From an uncultured Aliarcobacter sp. (GTDB lineage: Bacteria; Campylobacterota; Campylobacteria; Campylobacterales; Arcobacteraceae), in contig OY781945.1 of NCBI GenBank assembly GCA_963677435.1, positions 2,656,001 to 2,720,000 on the forward strand: DNA of 64,000 nucleotides. The letters are read 5' to 3'. The position numbers and the translations under genes are program-made. Below, piece by piece: positions 1 to 11,179 of this stretch. The notes under the pieces are model-generated. The model was not told the DNA's origin and searched no databases. It saw only the letters and a list, made by a program, of their open reading frames with translations. The first letter of the stretch is position 1. Each line of letters begins with the position of its first letter.

Positions 1-1587
1 CCTGACTTCGTTGGGGATAGATATTATTCAGATGTAGCAAGATTAGTTGCTGTTGTAGGAGTTATATTTGTTTCATTTACATATGTAGCAGGACAAATGA
101 GAGGGGTTGGAATCGTATTTTCAAGATTCTTACAAGTTGATGTAAATACTGGTGTTATTATTGGTATGGCAATCGTATTCTTTTATTCAGTTCTTGGAGG
201 GATGAAAGGTATTACTTATACTCAAGTTGCTCAATATGTTGTTATGATTTTTGCATATATGATTCCTGCAATTTTCTTATCATTACAAGTAACTGATACA
301 TTTTTACCACAATTGGGTATTTTTGCACAAACTACATTTGCATTTAATAATGGAGTAGAAGTTATTCCTGAAGGAACTTACCTTTTACATGCACTTGATC
401 AATCATTATTAGACTTAGGATTTTCAGCATATACTGAACCTGGAAATTTATGGAATATGTTTATGTTAACTACAGCTCTTATGTTAGGAACTGCTGGGTT
501 ACCACATGTTATTGTTAGATTCTTTACAGTTCCAACTGTTAAAGATGCGAGAGTATCTGCTGGTTGGGCATTAGTTTTCATTGCTATTATGTATACAACT
601 ATTTCATCTGTTGCATCATTTTCAAGAATTAATCTTATTAAAAATGTACAAAATGTAGATTATGCTGCATTTGTTAATGGTGAAGCAAAAAATGTTGATG
701 GTACTATTAATCATGGTAAATGGTTCCAAACATGGGAAAATGGTGGTTTACTTGCATGGAATGATAGAAATGGTGATGGTAAAATTCAATATGCATCTGG
801 TGCAGCATTTGATGGAAAAGGTGGAAAACCTGCATTTGATGGTGAGAAAAGAGCAGATGATGGTCATAAATTAACTACAAATGGAAAACCAGCAGCTAAT
901 GAAGCTGAATTGACAAAAGGTCATGGTATTGCAAATGAGTTATATGTTGATGTTGATATTATGGTTCTTGCGAATCCTGAAATTGCAAATTTACCAAATT
1001 GGGTTATTGCATTTATCGCAGCTGGAGGTTTGGCAGCAGCATTATCAACAGCAGCTGGTTTATTATTAGTAATTGCGTCATCAATTTCACACGATTTAAT
1101 GGGTCAAATTATCTTTAAAGATAAAACAACTGGAAAATCAACACTAAATGAAAAAACAGAGTTAATGTGGGCTAGAGTTTCAGCTGTGGTTGCAATATTA
1201 GTCGCTGGTTATCTAGGGATTAACCCTCCAGGATTTGTTGCACAAGTTGTTGCTTTTGCATTTGGTTTAGCAGCAGCGGCATTCTTCCCTACAATTATTC
1301 TTGGAGTATTTGATAAAAGAATGAATAAAGAAGGTGCAATCAGTGGTATCATCGTTGGATTAACATTCACATTTGGATATATCGTGTACTTTGTATTCTT
1401 AGGTGGTGCAAAAGAAGATTATCTATTTGATATTGCACCAACAGGTATTGGAACAGTTGGAACACTATTACACTTAGTTGTGGCATTAGCTGTATCAAGA
1501 ATGACTCCTCCACCTCCAACTCATATTCAAGAGTTAGTAGAAAGAATCAGAATCCCATCTGGTGCTGGTGAAGCTACAGGTCATTAA
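1..1587 (+). CDS. Sodium:solute symporter (ActP-related, VC_2705-like subfamily), 5'-truncated by the window edge
   Basis: Frame open from base 1 (PDFVGDRYYS...); SSS motifs [40 protein letters not shown]. Confidence 0.88.
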   Translation, partial: PDFVGDRYYSDVARLVAVVGVIFVSFTYVAGQMRGVGIVFSRFLQVDVNTGVIIGMAIVFFYSVLGGMKGITYTQVAQYVVMIFAYMIPAIFLSLQVTDTFLPQLGIFAQTTFAFNNGVEVIPEGTYLLHALDQSLLDLGFSAYTEPGNLWNMFMLTTALMLGTAGLPHVIVRFFTVPTVKDARVSAGWALVFIAIMYTTISSVASFSRINLIKNVQNVDYAAFVNGEAKNVDGTINHGKWFQTWENGGLLAWNDRNGDGKIQYASGAAFDGKGGKPAFDGEKRADDGHKLTTNGKPAANEAELTKGHGIANELYVDVDIMVLANPEIANLPNWVIAFIAAGGLAAALSTAAGLLLVIASSISHDLMGQIIFKDKTTGKSTLNEKTELMWARVSAVVAILVAGYLGINPPGFVAQVVAFAFGLAAAAFFPTIILGVFDKRMNKEGAISGIIVGLTFTFGYIVYFVFLGGAKEDYLFDIAPTGIGTVGTLLHLVVALAVSRMTPPPPTHIQELVERIRIPSGAGEATGH

Positions 1588-1596
1588 TAAAAAATC

Positions 1597-1629
1597 ACTA
1601 AAAAGTATACCTTAGGGTGTACTTTTAGT
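1597..1629 (+). terminator. Probable intrinsic terminator hairpin
   Basis: ACTAAAAAGTATACC / GGTGTACTTTTAGT imperfect inverted repeat followed by a T run. Confidence 0.55.
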
Positions 1630-1685
1630 ATTTTTTTGTGCTAATTACTTTAGTATAAAAAAGTACTTTTACTATAGGAAATTAA

Positions 1686-3506
1686 ATGAGTATACAAGAT
1701 CAACAGGCCTTTCTTTCAAATATTCATCCCTTTCAAGTTTTAACATCCCAACAAATGGAAATATGTATAAAACATATGGATATAGCCTACTATCCAAAAG
1801 ATTCTGTATTAATTAATCCTGAAAAAATTCCAAACTACTTTTTTATAATTATTAAAGGTACGGTTTACGAATATTCAGTTGAGAATATAGTTGTTATGGA
1901 TTATCATCACCAAGACTCTTTTGATTCAAATTCATTAATATATGGAAAGTGTGCGAATACTTTCAAAGTACATGAAGATTTAATTTGTTACGAATTAGAA
2001 AAAAACACCTTTTTAAAATTAATTGAACAAAACCAACAATTTAAAGACTACTTTTTAAAAGATTTAGTAAATAGAATTCAAACATTAAAACATAAAGAAT
2101 ATACCTCTGAACTTTCATCTTTTATGATTGCAAAAGTTGAAGATACACTTATTCATGATGCTTGTATTATTGATGAAGATACAAAACTAATAGATGCAAT
2201 TCAACAATCAATGGAGTATAAAACTTCAAGTATTATTGTAAAAAAAAGAAATGGTGAATATGGAATAATCACTGATTCTCTACTAAAAATAAAAGTTTTA
2301 CTAGAAGGTAGAGATTTAACAATACCAGTAAAAGATATTGCAATATTCCCTCTTTTAACAGTTCATAATGATGATTATTTATTTGAGGCACTAACTATTT
2401 TAATTAAAAAAAATATAAAAAGAATTGGTGTTACAAATAGTAAAGGTGAAATGATTGGTATCTTAGAACAAATTGATGTTTTATCACATTTTGCGAATCA
2501 TACTTATGTGGTTGATTCAAAAATTAAAAAAGCGAAAAATATAGAAGATTTAAAATCTGCAAGTAAAGATTTATTAAATATTATAAAAAGCCTTCATGCA
2601 AAAGGTGTAAAAGTCAATCATATTTCAAACTTGATTGGACAATTAAACACAAAAGTTTATCAAAAACTTTATTCATTAGTTTTGCCACAAGAATTACGAA
2701 AAGATGCTTGTTTTATAGTTATGGGTAGTGAAGGAAGAAATGAGCAAATAATAAAAACTGATCAAGATAATGCTCTTCTTGTAAAAGATAATGTTGATGT
2801 TGAACAATATAGACCTTACATGATTGATATTACTACTCATTTAATTGATTTTGGTTATCCACCTTGTGAAGGTAATATTATGGTTTCTAACCCATTTTGG
2901 TGTAAAACGGTAAGTGAATATAAAAGAGAAACAGCCAGATGGATAGAAGCTCCTGACATGCAAAATTATATGGATTTAGCAATCTTTTTTGACTCTTTTG
3001 CAGTTGCAGGAGATAAAGAGTTATTAATTAACCTAAAAGATGATTTATTTAATAAATTACATGATAAAGATGTTTTTATGGCCTATTTTGCAAAAGCTAC
3101 ACTTACTTTTGATACACCAAATACAGTTACAAATATAATGACAAAATCCCATAATATTGACATAAAAAAAGCTGCTGTATTCCCAATTGTGCAAGGAATT
3201 AGAAGTTTAGCATTAAGAGAGAGAATTAGAGAAACTACTACTGTAAAAAGAATAAAAATTCTTGAAGATAGAAAGATTTTAGAAAAAAATAAAGCAGCAG
3301 AATTATTAGAGGCTTTTGATGTAGTAAATACTTTAAGATTAAAATCTCAACTTGAGGATATTCAAGATGGAAAAAAAATTAATAATGAAATAGATACTCA
3401 TACTTTAGGAAAAATTGAAAGAGACTTATTAAAAGACTCCTTTAAAATTATTAATGAATTTAAAAAATTCATTACTTTTACATTTAGAATTGATAAGATT
3501 TCATAA
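1686..3506 (+). CDS. cNMP-binding/CBS/nucleotidyltransferase (DUF294) domain protein
   Basis: N-terminal cNMP-like domain (HPF...IIKGTV), CBS pair, NTase motif MGSEGRNEQ..TDQDN, GNIMVSNPFWC, DUF294_C (IDIKK). Confidence 0.88.
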   Translation: MSIQDQQAFLSNIHPFQVLTSQQMEICIKHMDIAYYPKDSVLINPEKIPNYFFIIIKGTVYEYSVENIVVMDYHHQDSFDSNSLIYGKCANTFKVHEDLICYELEKNTFLKLIEQNQQFKDYFLKDLVNRIQTLKHKEYTSELSSFMIAKVEDTLIHDACIIDEDTKLIDAIQQSMEYKTSSIIVKKRNGEYGIITDSLLKIKVLLEGRDLTIPVKDIAIFPLLTVHNDDYLFEALTILIKKNIKRIGVTNSKGEMIGILEQIDVLSHFANHTYVVDSKIKKAKNIEDLKSASKDLLNIIKSLHAKGVKVNHISNLIGQLNTKVYQKLYSLVLPQELRKDACFIVMGSEGRNEQIIKTDQDNALLVKDNVDVEQYRPYMIDITTHLIDFGYPPCEGNIMVSNPFWCKTVSEYKRETARWIEAPDMQNYMDLAIFFDSFAVAGDKELLINLKDDLFNKLHDKDVFMAYFAKATLTFDTPNTVTNIMTKSHNIDIKKAAVFPIVQGIRSLALRERIRETTTVKRIKILEDRKILEKNKAAELLEAFDVVNTLRLKSQLEDIQDGKKINNEIDTHTLGKIERDLLKDSFKIINEFKKFITFTFRIDKIS

Positions 3507-4138
3507 TGTTTGATACATTTTTTAAAAATCTAAATAGAAAAAAATTAAAAGATCTGAAATTTGATTTTTTATTTGATGAGCCAATTGCTAATGAATATGT
3601 CTGTTTAGATTGTGAAACAAGTGGATTAAATCCAAAAAAAGATGAAATTCTTTCGATTGGTGCTGTTCATATAAAAGAAAACAAAATTTTAATGAGAAAA
3701 ACATTTAATATTTTTCTAAAACCCTCTAAAAATATTAATGCTGAATCAATTAAAATACATCATATTAGACCCATAGATTTAGAAAATGGTATAGACCCCA
3801 AAGAGGCAATATTTCAACTATTAGAATTTATTGGTTCAAGACCAATTGTTGGTTATTATATAAAATTTGATGTATCAATTATTTCAAAATATACAAAAGA
3901 GTTTATTGGAATAAAACTTCCAAATGAAACAATTGAAGTCTCTTCTATGTATTATAAAACAAGAAAAAAATCAAGTGATTATCAATTTATTGATTTAAAA
4001 TTTGATACTATCTTAAAAAATCTAAATATTCCAGCATTGGGAAAACATGATGCATTAAATGATGCAATTATGACATCCATGATGTTTTTAAAATTAAAAG
4101 ATTTAACTCCTGCAAAAACTACTTTTTATACAAATTAA
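3506..4138 (+). CDS. DEDDh 3'-5' exonuclease (DnaQ-like)
   Basis: CLDCETSGL, FD, HDALNDA motifs; start overlaps the upstream stop (TAATG). Confidence 0.88.
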   Translation: MFDTFFKNLNRKKLKDLKFDFLFDEPIANEYVCLDCETSGLNPKKDEILSIGAVHIKENKILMRKTFNIFLKPSKNINAESIKIHHIRPIDLENGIDPKEAIFQLLEFIGSRPIVGYYIKFDVSIISKYTKEFIGIKLPNETIEVSSMYYKTRKKSSDYQFIDLKFDTILKNLNIPALGKHDALNDAIMTSMMFLKLKDLTPAKTTFYTN

Positions 4139-4325
4139 TTAGACTAAATTACTCAAGTATTAAATTATTTCTTAAAATATTCTTCATAAAAAATCCTAAT
4201 TTTGCCCATCAATTGGGCTTTTATATTTATACAGATAGAATGTTTTTACAATGCTATGCTATTGCAACTTTAATAGTTTAACATTCCAATGTATTTTTAT
4301 TACAAAATTAATTTGAGGAGAAAAA

Positions 4326-4640
4326 ATGAATACTGAATTAGTAGAAAAGATTAAATCTAATCCAAAGTATCATGAGTTAGTTTCAAAAAGAAGTTCGTTT
4401 TCTTTAAAACTTTCATTATTTGTCTTAGCTATGTTTTATAGCTATATCTTAGTTATTGCTTTTGATAAAGAGCTTTTAGCTACAAGAATCGGTGAAGGTG
4501 TTATGACTTATGCATTTCCAGTTGGAGCTGCAATTATCATTATTAGTTTTTTAACAACATTAATTTATGTTAGAAGAGCAAATAGTGAATTTGAAGATTT
4601 AACAAATGACATAAAAAAACAAGCACTAGGAGACAAATAA
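4326..4640 (+). CDS. DUF485 (YjcH-like) membrane protein, ActP partner
   Basis: 104 aa, two TM segments, [11 protein letters not shown]...YVRRAN; coupled to actP. Confidence 0.85.
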   Translation: MNTELVEKIKSNPKYHELVSKRSSFSLKLSLFVLAMFYSYILVIAFDKELLATRIGEGVMTYAFPVGAAIIIISFLTTLIYVRRANSEFEDLTNDIKKQALGDK

Positions 4641-6289
4641 TGTTTAAGATATTTGCAATTTTATCTGTATTAGCAATCGCACTTTTTGCTGGTGGTGATG
4701 CTACATTTGAGGGGAAAAGAGATTTAAATATTTCTGCTATTGTTATGTTCTTTATCTTTATTGCTGGAACATTAGGTATTACAAAATGGGCTGCAAGCAA
4801 AACAAAATCTGCTTCAGACTTCTATACAGCAGGTGGAGGAATCACAGGATTCCAAAATGGTATGGCTATTGCTGGTGATTATATGTCAGCTGCTTCTTTT
4901 CTTGGTATTTCTGGAATGATTTACTTAAGTGGATATGATGGTCTTATTTATGCTGTTGGGTTCTTAGTTGGTTGGCCTGTAATTTTATTCTTAATGGCTG
5001 AAAAATTAAGAAACTTAGGTAAATTTACATTTACTGATATTGCTGCATATAGATTAGATCAAACTAAAATCAGAATATTAGCTGCATTTGGTTCTTTATC
5101 TGTTGTAACATTATATTTAATTGCTCAAATGGTTGGAGCTGGTAAATTAATTCAAATTTTATTTGGTATGGATTATGAATTTGCTGTTGTTCTAGTTGGT
5201 GTAATGATGATTATTTATGTTACTTTTGGTGGTATGCTTGCAACTACTTGGGTACAAATTATCAAAGCTGTATTATTACTTTCTGGTGTTACTTTCATGG
5301 GATTCATGGTAATGGCTCATTTTGGTTTCTCATTTGAAGCATTAGCAACTCAAGCTGTTGCAGTACATAGCAAAGGTCAGGCTATTATGGCTCCTGGTGG
5401 GTTTATTTCAGATCCTGTTTCAGCTATTTCTTTAGGTATGGCTTTAATGTTAGGAACTGCTGGTTTACCTCATATCTTAATGAGATTCTTTACTGTTGGA
5501 AATGCAAAAGAAGCTAGAAAATCTGTTGTTTATGCAACTGGATTTATTGGTTATTTCTACTTAATTATTGCTGTTATTGGTTTAGGTGCTATCGTTTACT
5601 TAAATTCACCAGAAGGTGCTGCTTATTTTGTAGATGGTAAATTAATTGGTGGTGGTAATATGGCTGCTATTCACTTATCACATGTTGTTGGTGGAGATAT
5701 TTTCTTAGGATTTATTTCAGCTGTTGCATTTGCTACTATTTTAGCGGTTGTTTCTGGATTAACACTTGCTGGTGCATCTTCAATATCTCATGATATTTAT
5801 GCAATTGTATTAAGAAAAGGTAAAGCTAGTGAAGCTGATGAAATTAAAGTTTCAAAAAGATCAGTTATTATTATTGGTATTGTTGGAGTTATTTTAGGTA
5901 TTGCTTTTGAAAAACAAAATATCGCATTCATGGTTGGTCTTGCATTTGCTATTGCTGCTTCTGCTAACTTCCCAATTTTATTCCTTTCAATTTACTGGAA
6001 AAAATTAACAACTAGAGGTGCATTTATTGGTGGATTCATGGGTCTTATTACTGCTATCGTACTAGTTATCTTAAGTCCAACTGTATGGGTTGAAATATTA
6101 GGAAATGCTAAAGCAATTTTCCCTTATAAAGCTCCTGCATTATTCTCTGTAACTGTTGCATTTATTGGAATTTGGTTCTTCTCAATTACTGATAAATCAG
6201 AACAAGCTAAAAGAGAAATTGAAGCTTTCGAGCCTCAAAATGTTAGAGCTGAAACTGGTATCGGTGCTGATGGTGCAGTTGCACATTAA
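4640..6289 (+). CDS. actP: Cation/acetate symporter ActP (copy 1)
   Basis: [45 protein letters not shown]-terminal [11 protein letters not shown]. Confidence 0.9.
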   Translation: MFKIFAILSVLAIALFAGGDATFEGKRDLNISAIVMFFIFIAGTLGITKWAASKTKSASDFYTAGGGITGFQNGMAIAGDYMSAASFLGISGMIYLSGYDGLIYAVGFLVGWPVILFLMAEKLRNLGKFTFTDIAAYRLDQTKIRILAAFGSLSVVTLYLIAQMVGAGKLIQILFGMDYEFAVVLVGVMMIIYVTFGGMLATTWVQIIKAVLLLSGVTFMGFMVMAHFGFSFEALATQAVAVHSKGQAIMAPGGFISDPVSAISLGMALMLGTAGLPHILMRFFTVGNAKEARKSVVYATGFIGYFYLIIAVIGLGAIVYLNSPEGAAYFVDGKLIGGGNMAAIHLSHVVGGDIFLGFISAVAFATILAVVSGLTLAGASSISHDIYAIVLRKGKASEADEIKVSKRSVIIIGIVGVILGIAFEKQNIAFMVGLAFAIAASANFPILFLSIYWKKLTTRGAFIGGFMGLITAIVLVILSPTVWVEILGNAKAIFPYKAPALFSVTVAFIGIWFFSITDKSEQAKREIEAFEPQNVRAETGIGADGAVAH

Positions 6290-6292
6290 TTT

Positions 6293-6321
6293 TTTACTAA
6301 AGAGATTTTCTCTTTAGTAAA
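6293..6321 (+). terminator. Intrinsic terminator hairpin
   Basis: TTTACTAAAGAGA-TTT-TCTCTTTAGTAAA perfect inverted repeat just after actP. Confidence 0.75.
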
Positions 6322-6555
6322 TATTATTAATCTTTTCTTAATTATTATAACTAAAATTAATAATTAATAATACAATTTTTTGTTACTTATCTACTAAAAC
6401 TCTACATAATTTTTACATAACTTTTAAAAAAATTCTTTTAACTATACTTTTGTATGTATAATCAATTACTTTTTTCATAGACTATTTTAATACTACAAAT
6501 TAAATTAGTTTAAATAAAAAGACTAATATTTATTATTTCAGGAAAAGGAAGCAGA

Positions 6556-6870
6556 ATGAATGACAAGTTAGTTGAAAGAATTGAATCTAATCCAAAATAC
6601 AAGGAGTTAGTTTCAAAAAGGAATAGTTTAGGTATAAAATTAGGAGCTTTTGTATTAGTTATGTTTTATGCTTATATTTTAGTTATTGCATTTGATAAAG
6701 AACTATTAGCCACAAAAATTGGTGTTGGAGTTACTACAATAGCATTTCCTATTGCATTAGCTATTTTAATACTTAGTTTTATTACAACTCTCATTTATGT
6801 AAAAAAAGCAAATGGTGAGTTTGAAAATTTGATTAAAGATATTAAAAAAGATGTAAAGGATTTATTATAA
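6556..6870 (+). CDS. DUF485 (YjcH-like) membrane protein, copy 2
   Basis: Clear paralog of 4326..4640. Confidence 0.85.
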   Translation: MNDKLVERIESNPKYKELVSKRNSLGIKLGAFVLVMFYAYILVIAFDKELLATKIGVGVTTIAFPIALAILILSFITTLIYVKKANGEFENLIKDIKKDVKDLL

Positions 6871-8519
6871 TGTTAAAAATATTAGCACTTATTACTATTA
6901 TTGCATTAACAGCTTTTGCTGCTGGTGATGCAACTTTTGAAGCTACGAAAAGAGACCTAAATATCCCAGCGATAATTATGTTTTTTGTTTTTATACTTGC
7001 AACTTTAGGTATTACTTTTTGGGCTGCAAAAAAAACAAAATCTGCAAGTGATTTTTATACAGCAGGTGGAGGAATAACTGGTTTTCAAAATGGATTAGCA
7101 ATTGCTGGAGATTATATGTCAGCTGCTGCATTTTTAGGAGTTTCAGGTCTTATTTATATGAAAGGATATGATGGAGTAATTTATGCTGTTTCATTTTTAG
7201 TTGGATGGCCTGTTATTTTATTTTTCATGGCAGAAAAATTAAGAAACTTAGGAAAATTTACCTTTGCAGATATCGCTGCTTATAGATTAGGACAAAAAGA
7301 GATTAGAACTTTAGCTGCATTTGGTTCTATTAGTGTTGTTGTTTTATATCTTATTGCTCAAATGGTTGGAGCAGGAAAATTAATTCAAGTTTTATTTGGA
7401 ATGGATTATGCTTATGCTGTTGTAATGGTTGGAGCATTGATGATTATTTATGTTACTTTTGGTGGAATGTTAGCAACTACTTGGGTACAAATAATAAAAG
7501 CATGTTTACTATTATCTGGTGTTTCATTTATGGCTGTTATGGTTTTATACCATTTTGATTTCTCTTTTGAATCATTAGCCGCAAAAGCTGTTGAAAATCA
7601 TAAATCAGGGGAAGCAATATTAAGTCCAGGTGGATTTATTACAGATCCAATCTCTGCTATTTCACTAGGAATGGCATTAATGCTTGGAACTGCTGGATTA
7701 CCCCATGTTTTAATGAGATTCTTTACAGTTGGAAATGCAAAAGAAGCTAGAAAGTCTGTAGTTTATGCTACTGGTTTTGTTGCATATTTTTGGATAATTA
7801 TCACTATTGTTGGATTTGGTGCTATTGCTTTTTTAAATTCAGCTGATGGAGCTGAGTATTTTGTAGATGGAAAGCTATTTGGTGGAAGTAATATGGCATC
7901 AGTTCACTTATCACATATGTTAGGTGGAAATGCTTTCTTAGGATTTATTTCAGCAGTTGCATTTGCAACAATCTTAGCTGTAGTTTCAGGATTAACACTA
8001 GCAGGTGCAAGTGCAATTTCACATGATATTTATGCAAATGTAATTAATCCAAATGCTACTGATGAAAAAGTAGTTAATATTTCTAAAATTACTGTTATTA
8101 TTATAGGAATAGTTGGTGTAATTTTAGGTATAGCATTTGAATCACAAAATATTGCTTATATGGTTGGTTTAGCATTTGGTATAGCAGCATCAGCAAATTT
8201 TCCAATTTTGTTTTTATCAATTTACTGGAGTGGATTAACTACAAAAGGTGCATTTATTGGTGGATTTATGGGACTAACTGCAGCAGTTGCACTTGTTATA
8301 TTAGGACCAAATGTTTGGGTACAAATTTTAGGAAATGAAAAAGCTATTTTCCCTTATGCGCACCCTGCACTATTTTCTGTAACTGTAGCATTTATTTCTA
8401 TTTGGTTCTTTTCAAAAATTGATAATTCTCCTCGAGCACAAGTAGAAAAAGAGTTATTTAGAGCACAAAATGTTAGAGCAAATACTGGTATTGGTGCAGC
8501 AGGAGCTGTTTCACATTAA
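6870..8519 (+). CDS. actP: Cation/acetate symporter ActP (copy 2)
   Basis: Same length (549 aa) and motifs as copy 1. Confidence 0.9.
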   Translation: MLKILALITIIALTAFAAGDATFEATKRDLNIPAIIMFFVFILATLGITFWAAKKTKSASDFYTAGGGITGFQNGLAIAGDYMSAAAFLGVSGLIYMKGYDGVIYAVSFLVGWPVILFFMAEKLRNLGKFTFADIAAYRLGQKEIRTLAAFGSISVVVLYLIAQMVGAGKLIQVLFGMDYAYAVVMVGALMIIYVTFGGMLATTWVQIIKACLLLSGVSFMAVMVLYHFDFSFESLAAKAVENHKSGEAILSPGGFITDPISAISLGMALMLGTAGLPHVLMRFFTVGNAKEARKSVVYATGFVAYFWIIITIVGFGAIAFLNSADGAEYFVDGKLFGGSNMASVHLSHMLGGNAFLGFISAVAFATILAVVSGLTLAGASAISHDIYANVINPNATDEKVVNISKITVIIIGIVGVILGIAFESQNIAYMVGLAFGIAASANFPILFLSIYWSGLTTKGAFIGGFMGLTAAVALVILGPNVWVQILGNEKAIFPYAHPALFSVTVAFISIWFFSKIDNSPRAQVEKELFRAQNVRANTGIGAAGAVSH

Positions 8520-8525
8520 ATTAAA

Positions 8526-8552
8526 AATATCAAAGGTTTTTCCTTTGATATT
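8526..8552 (+). terminator. Hairpin (terminator or mRNA stabiliser) between actP2 and the DUF294 gene
   Basis: AATATCAAAGG-TTTTT-CCTTTGATATT. Confidence 0.6.
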
Positions 8553-8572
8553 AAAACTAGAAAAGAGGTCTT

Positions 8573-10414
8573 ATGAGTATATTAGAACAAAAATCATTTA
8601 TTTCATCTATTCATCCATTTCAAAATTTGACAATAAATCAACTTGATAATTTCGCAGAAAATATTGATATTGTTTATTTTAAACAAAATGAAATAATTCA
8701 AAAACAAGGAAGTTCTCCGTCTTCACTTTTTTTTATTTTAAAAGGTTTAATTCAAGAGAAACAAGATGAAGAAGTTTTATCAATATATTCAAAAAATGAA
8801 ATTTTTGACTCTGTATCTTTAATAGAAAATTATTCAAGAAATAGTTTTGTAACTGCTGAAGAGACTATTTGTTATACTCTTCCAAGAGAGATTTTTATAA
8901 AAATACTTCATGAAAATCAAGAATTAGAAAATTACTTTTTTCAATCAATATCACAAAAACTAAATAACAACATCCTTAATGAAAAAAATAAAGAGATGGC
9001 AAATATTATGGTTGCAAAAGTAAAAGATGCAAAAATACATAAAGCTGTAATTATTGATGAAAATAAATCAATATTTGAAGCTGCAAATATTATAAAAAAA
9101 GAAAAAGTACCTACTCTTTTACTAAGAGATAACAATAATGAAATGCATATTATTACAGATTCAGATTTTAGACAAAAAGTTATACTTAACAGAATGGATT
9201 TTGATGATAAAGTTATAAAAATATCATCAACAGGTTTAGTTTATGTATATGAAGATGATTTTTTATTTAATGCTCAACTTTTAATGGCAAAACATGGTTT
9301 AAAAAGAGTTGTTGTAAAAAACACAAAAGATGAAATTGTTGGTATTTTAGATCAAATCTCTTTATCATCATTTTTTGCAACAAATATTTTTTCAGTTTCT
9401 AATCAAATAGTAAAAGCAGAAACTGTTGCTGAATTAAAAGAAGCCTCTTTATCTTTTATTAAAATAATAAAATCTTTAAATGCTAAAGGTGTAAAAATTG
9501 AATTTATCTCAAAATTAATTAATCAATTAAATAAAAAACTCTTAGATAAATTGTATAAAATACTTGCATCAAAAGAGTTATTTGAAAACTCATGTTTAGT
9601 TGTAATGGGAAGTGAAGGAAGAGGTGAACAGATTTTAAAAACTGATCAAGATAATGCTTTAATAATTAATGATGATTTTATTATTGATGAGAAAGAACTA
9701 CAAGAATTTACAAATAAATTTACTGAAACTTTAGTTGATTTTGGTTTCCCAAGATGTGAGGGAAATATTATGCTTTCAAATCCATATTGGTGTAGAAAAT
9801 ATAGTGATTTCAAAAATTTAATTTTTCAATGGGTAACTGAACCATCGGGAGATAACTTTATGAATCTTGCGATTTTTTATGATGCAATTTGTGTCTCAGG
9901 GAATAAAGAATTAATTACAAATTTAAAAGAATATTTATTTAAAGTTATTGATAATTCTAATCAATTTAATGCTCATTTTGCAAAAATTATCACAAGTTTT
10001 GATGTTCCTTTAGGATTCTTTGATGGTTTTACTTTTAATACAAAAGATGAAAAACAAAAAAATGAAATTAACATTAAAAAAGGTGGAATATTTATTTTAG
10101 TTCAAGGAATTAGAAGTTTAAGTTTAGAAAATAAACTTTTTAATACAAATACAACAAAAAGAATTTTAAAACTAAATGAAATAAATGTGATTGACAATGA
10201 ACTTGCAACGGAATTAATTATGGCATTTAATTTCTTAACTAGTATAAATCTAAAATCTAATTTAGAAAAACTCGATAAAAAAGAGAATGTTGATAATTAT
10301 ATAAATCCAAATAATTTAAATACTATGGAAAAAGATTTATTAAAAGATTCTTTCAAAATTGTTAATAAATTAAAAAAGAAATTAGAATTCCACTTTAAGT
10401 TAAACTATGTTTAG
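8573..10414 (+). CDS. cNMP-binding/CBS/nucleotidyltransferase (DUF294) domain protein, copy 2
   Basis: MGSEGRGEQILKTDQDN, GNIMLSNPYWC; paralog of 1686..3506. Confidence 0.88.
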   Translation: MSILEQKSFISSIHPFQNLTINQLDNFAENIDIVYFKQNEIIQKQGSSPSSLFFILKGLIQEKQDEEVLSIYSKNEIFDSVSLIENYSRNSFVTAEETICYTLPREIFIKILHENQELENYFFQSISQKLNNNILNEKNKEMANIMVAKVKDAKIHKAVIIDENKSIFEAANIIKKEKVPTLLLRDNNNEMHIITDSDFRQKVILNRMDFDDKVIKISSTGLVYVYEDDFLFNAQLLMAKHGLKRVVVKNTKDEIVGILDQISLSSFFATNIFSVSNQIVKAETVAELKEASLSFIKIIKSLNAKGVKIEFISKLINQLNKKLLDKLYKILASKELFENSCLVVMGSEGRGEQILKTDQDNALIINDDFIIDEKELQEFTNKFTETLVDFGFPRCEGNIMLSNPYWCRKYSDFKNLIFQWVTEPSGDNFMNLAIFYDAICVSGNKELITNLKEYLFKVIDNSNQFNAHFAKIITSFDVPLGFFDGFTFNTKDEKQKNEINIKKGGIFILVQGIRSLSLENKLFNTNTTKRILKLNEINVIDNELATELIMAFNFLTSINLKSNLEKLDKKENVDNYINPNNLNTMEKDLLKDSFKIVNKLKKKLEFHFKLNYV

Positions 10415-11024
10415 ATTAGTAAAAAACTATTTTAATAAAAAAAATTTAAAAGATAAAAACTATAAATATTTATTTGATGACTCAACAATTGATGAGTATG
10501 TTTGTTTTGATTGTGAAACAACAGGATTAAATCCAAAAAAAGATGACATCATATCAATTGGTGCTGTTATTATTAAAAATAATACCATAGTATCAAGTAA
10601 AAAATTTGTAAGATTTGTAAAACCAAAAACAAAACTTCAAGCAGAAGCTATAAAAATTCATCACATTAGAGTATGTGATTTAGAAGATGCTGAAGATATT
10701 GATGATGTAATTGAAGAGTTCATAAATTTTATTGGAAATAGACCTTTAGTTGGATATTACTTAGAGTTTGATGTTGCTATGATTAACAAATATCTAAAAC
10801 CAAAATTAGGAATCACCCTTCCTAATAAAATGTATGAAGTATCAGCTATATATCATGACTATAAAATTGGCATTATTCCACAAAGTCATATTGATTTAAG
10901 ATTTAATACAATTATGGAAGACCTTAAAATACCAAGTTTAGGAAAACATGATGCATATAATGATGCAATTATGACGGCAATGATTTTTCTAAAATTAAAA
11001 AACACCCCAAAAGTAAAAATATAA
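10407..11024 (+). CDS. DEDDh 3'-5' exonuclease, copy 2
   Basis: CFDCETTGL, HDAYNDA; overlaps the upstream gene. Confidence 0.88.
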   Translation: MFRLVKNYFNKKNLKDKNYKYLFDDSTIDEYVCFDCETTGLNPKKDDIISIGAVIIKNNTIVSSKKFVRFVKPKTKLQAEAIKIHHIRVCDLEDAEDIDDVIEEFINFIGNRPLVGYYLEFDVAMINKYLKPKLGITLPNKMYEVSAIYHDYKIGIIPQSHIDLRFNTIMEDLKIPSLGKHDAYNDAIMTAMIFLKLKNTPKVKI

Positions 11025-11179
11025 ATATGAAATAAAATAAAACTGTTACTTATTAGATGTTAGTAATCAAAATATTTTATTATTTATTAAATGGGATTAA
11101 CAATAAAAGCAAGTTTAGATTTAAGATTTACTACAATTAAAGTCAAAAATTAATATCAAAAATGATAAAGGAAAAATTT

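Noticed and set aside
1686..4138. Nucleotidyltransferase + nuclease as an anti-phage (CBASS-like) or toxin-antitoxin system
   Set aside because: The cNMP-CBS-DUF294 architecture and the acetate-gene context fit metabolic regulation; no CD-NTase or effector features seen
3506..4138. Calling the exonucleases dnaQ (Pol III epsilon)
   Set aside because: They are short, duplicated and coupled to DUF294 genes, with no evidence of a replicative role
4248..4268. AATGCTATG/TGCTATTG words shared with the pta upstream region (about 12580-12600)
   Set aside because: Short, in a different order, and plausible by chance in AT-rich DNA; not supportable without comparative data
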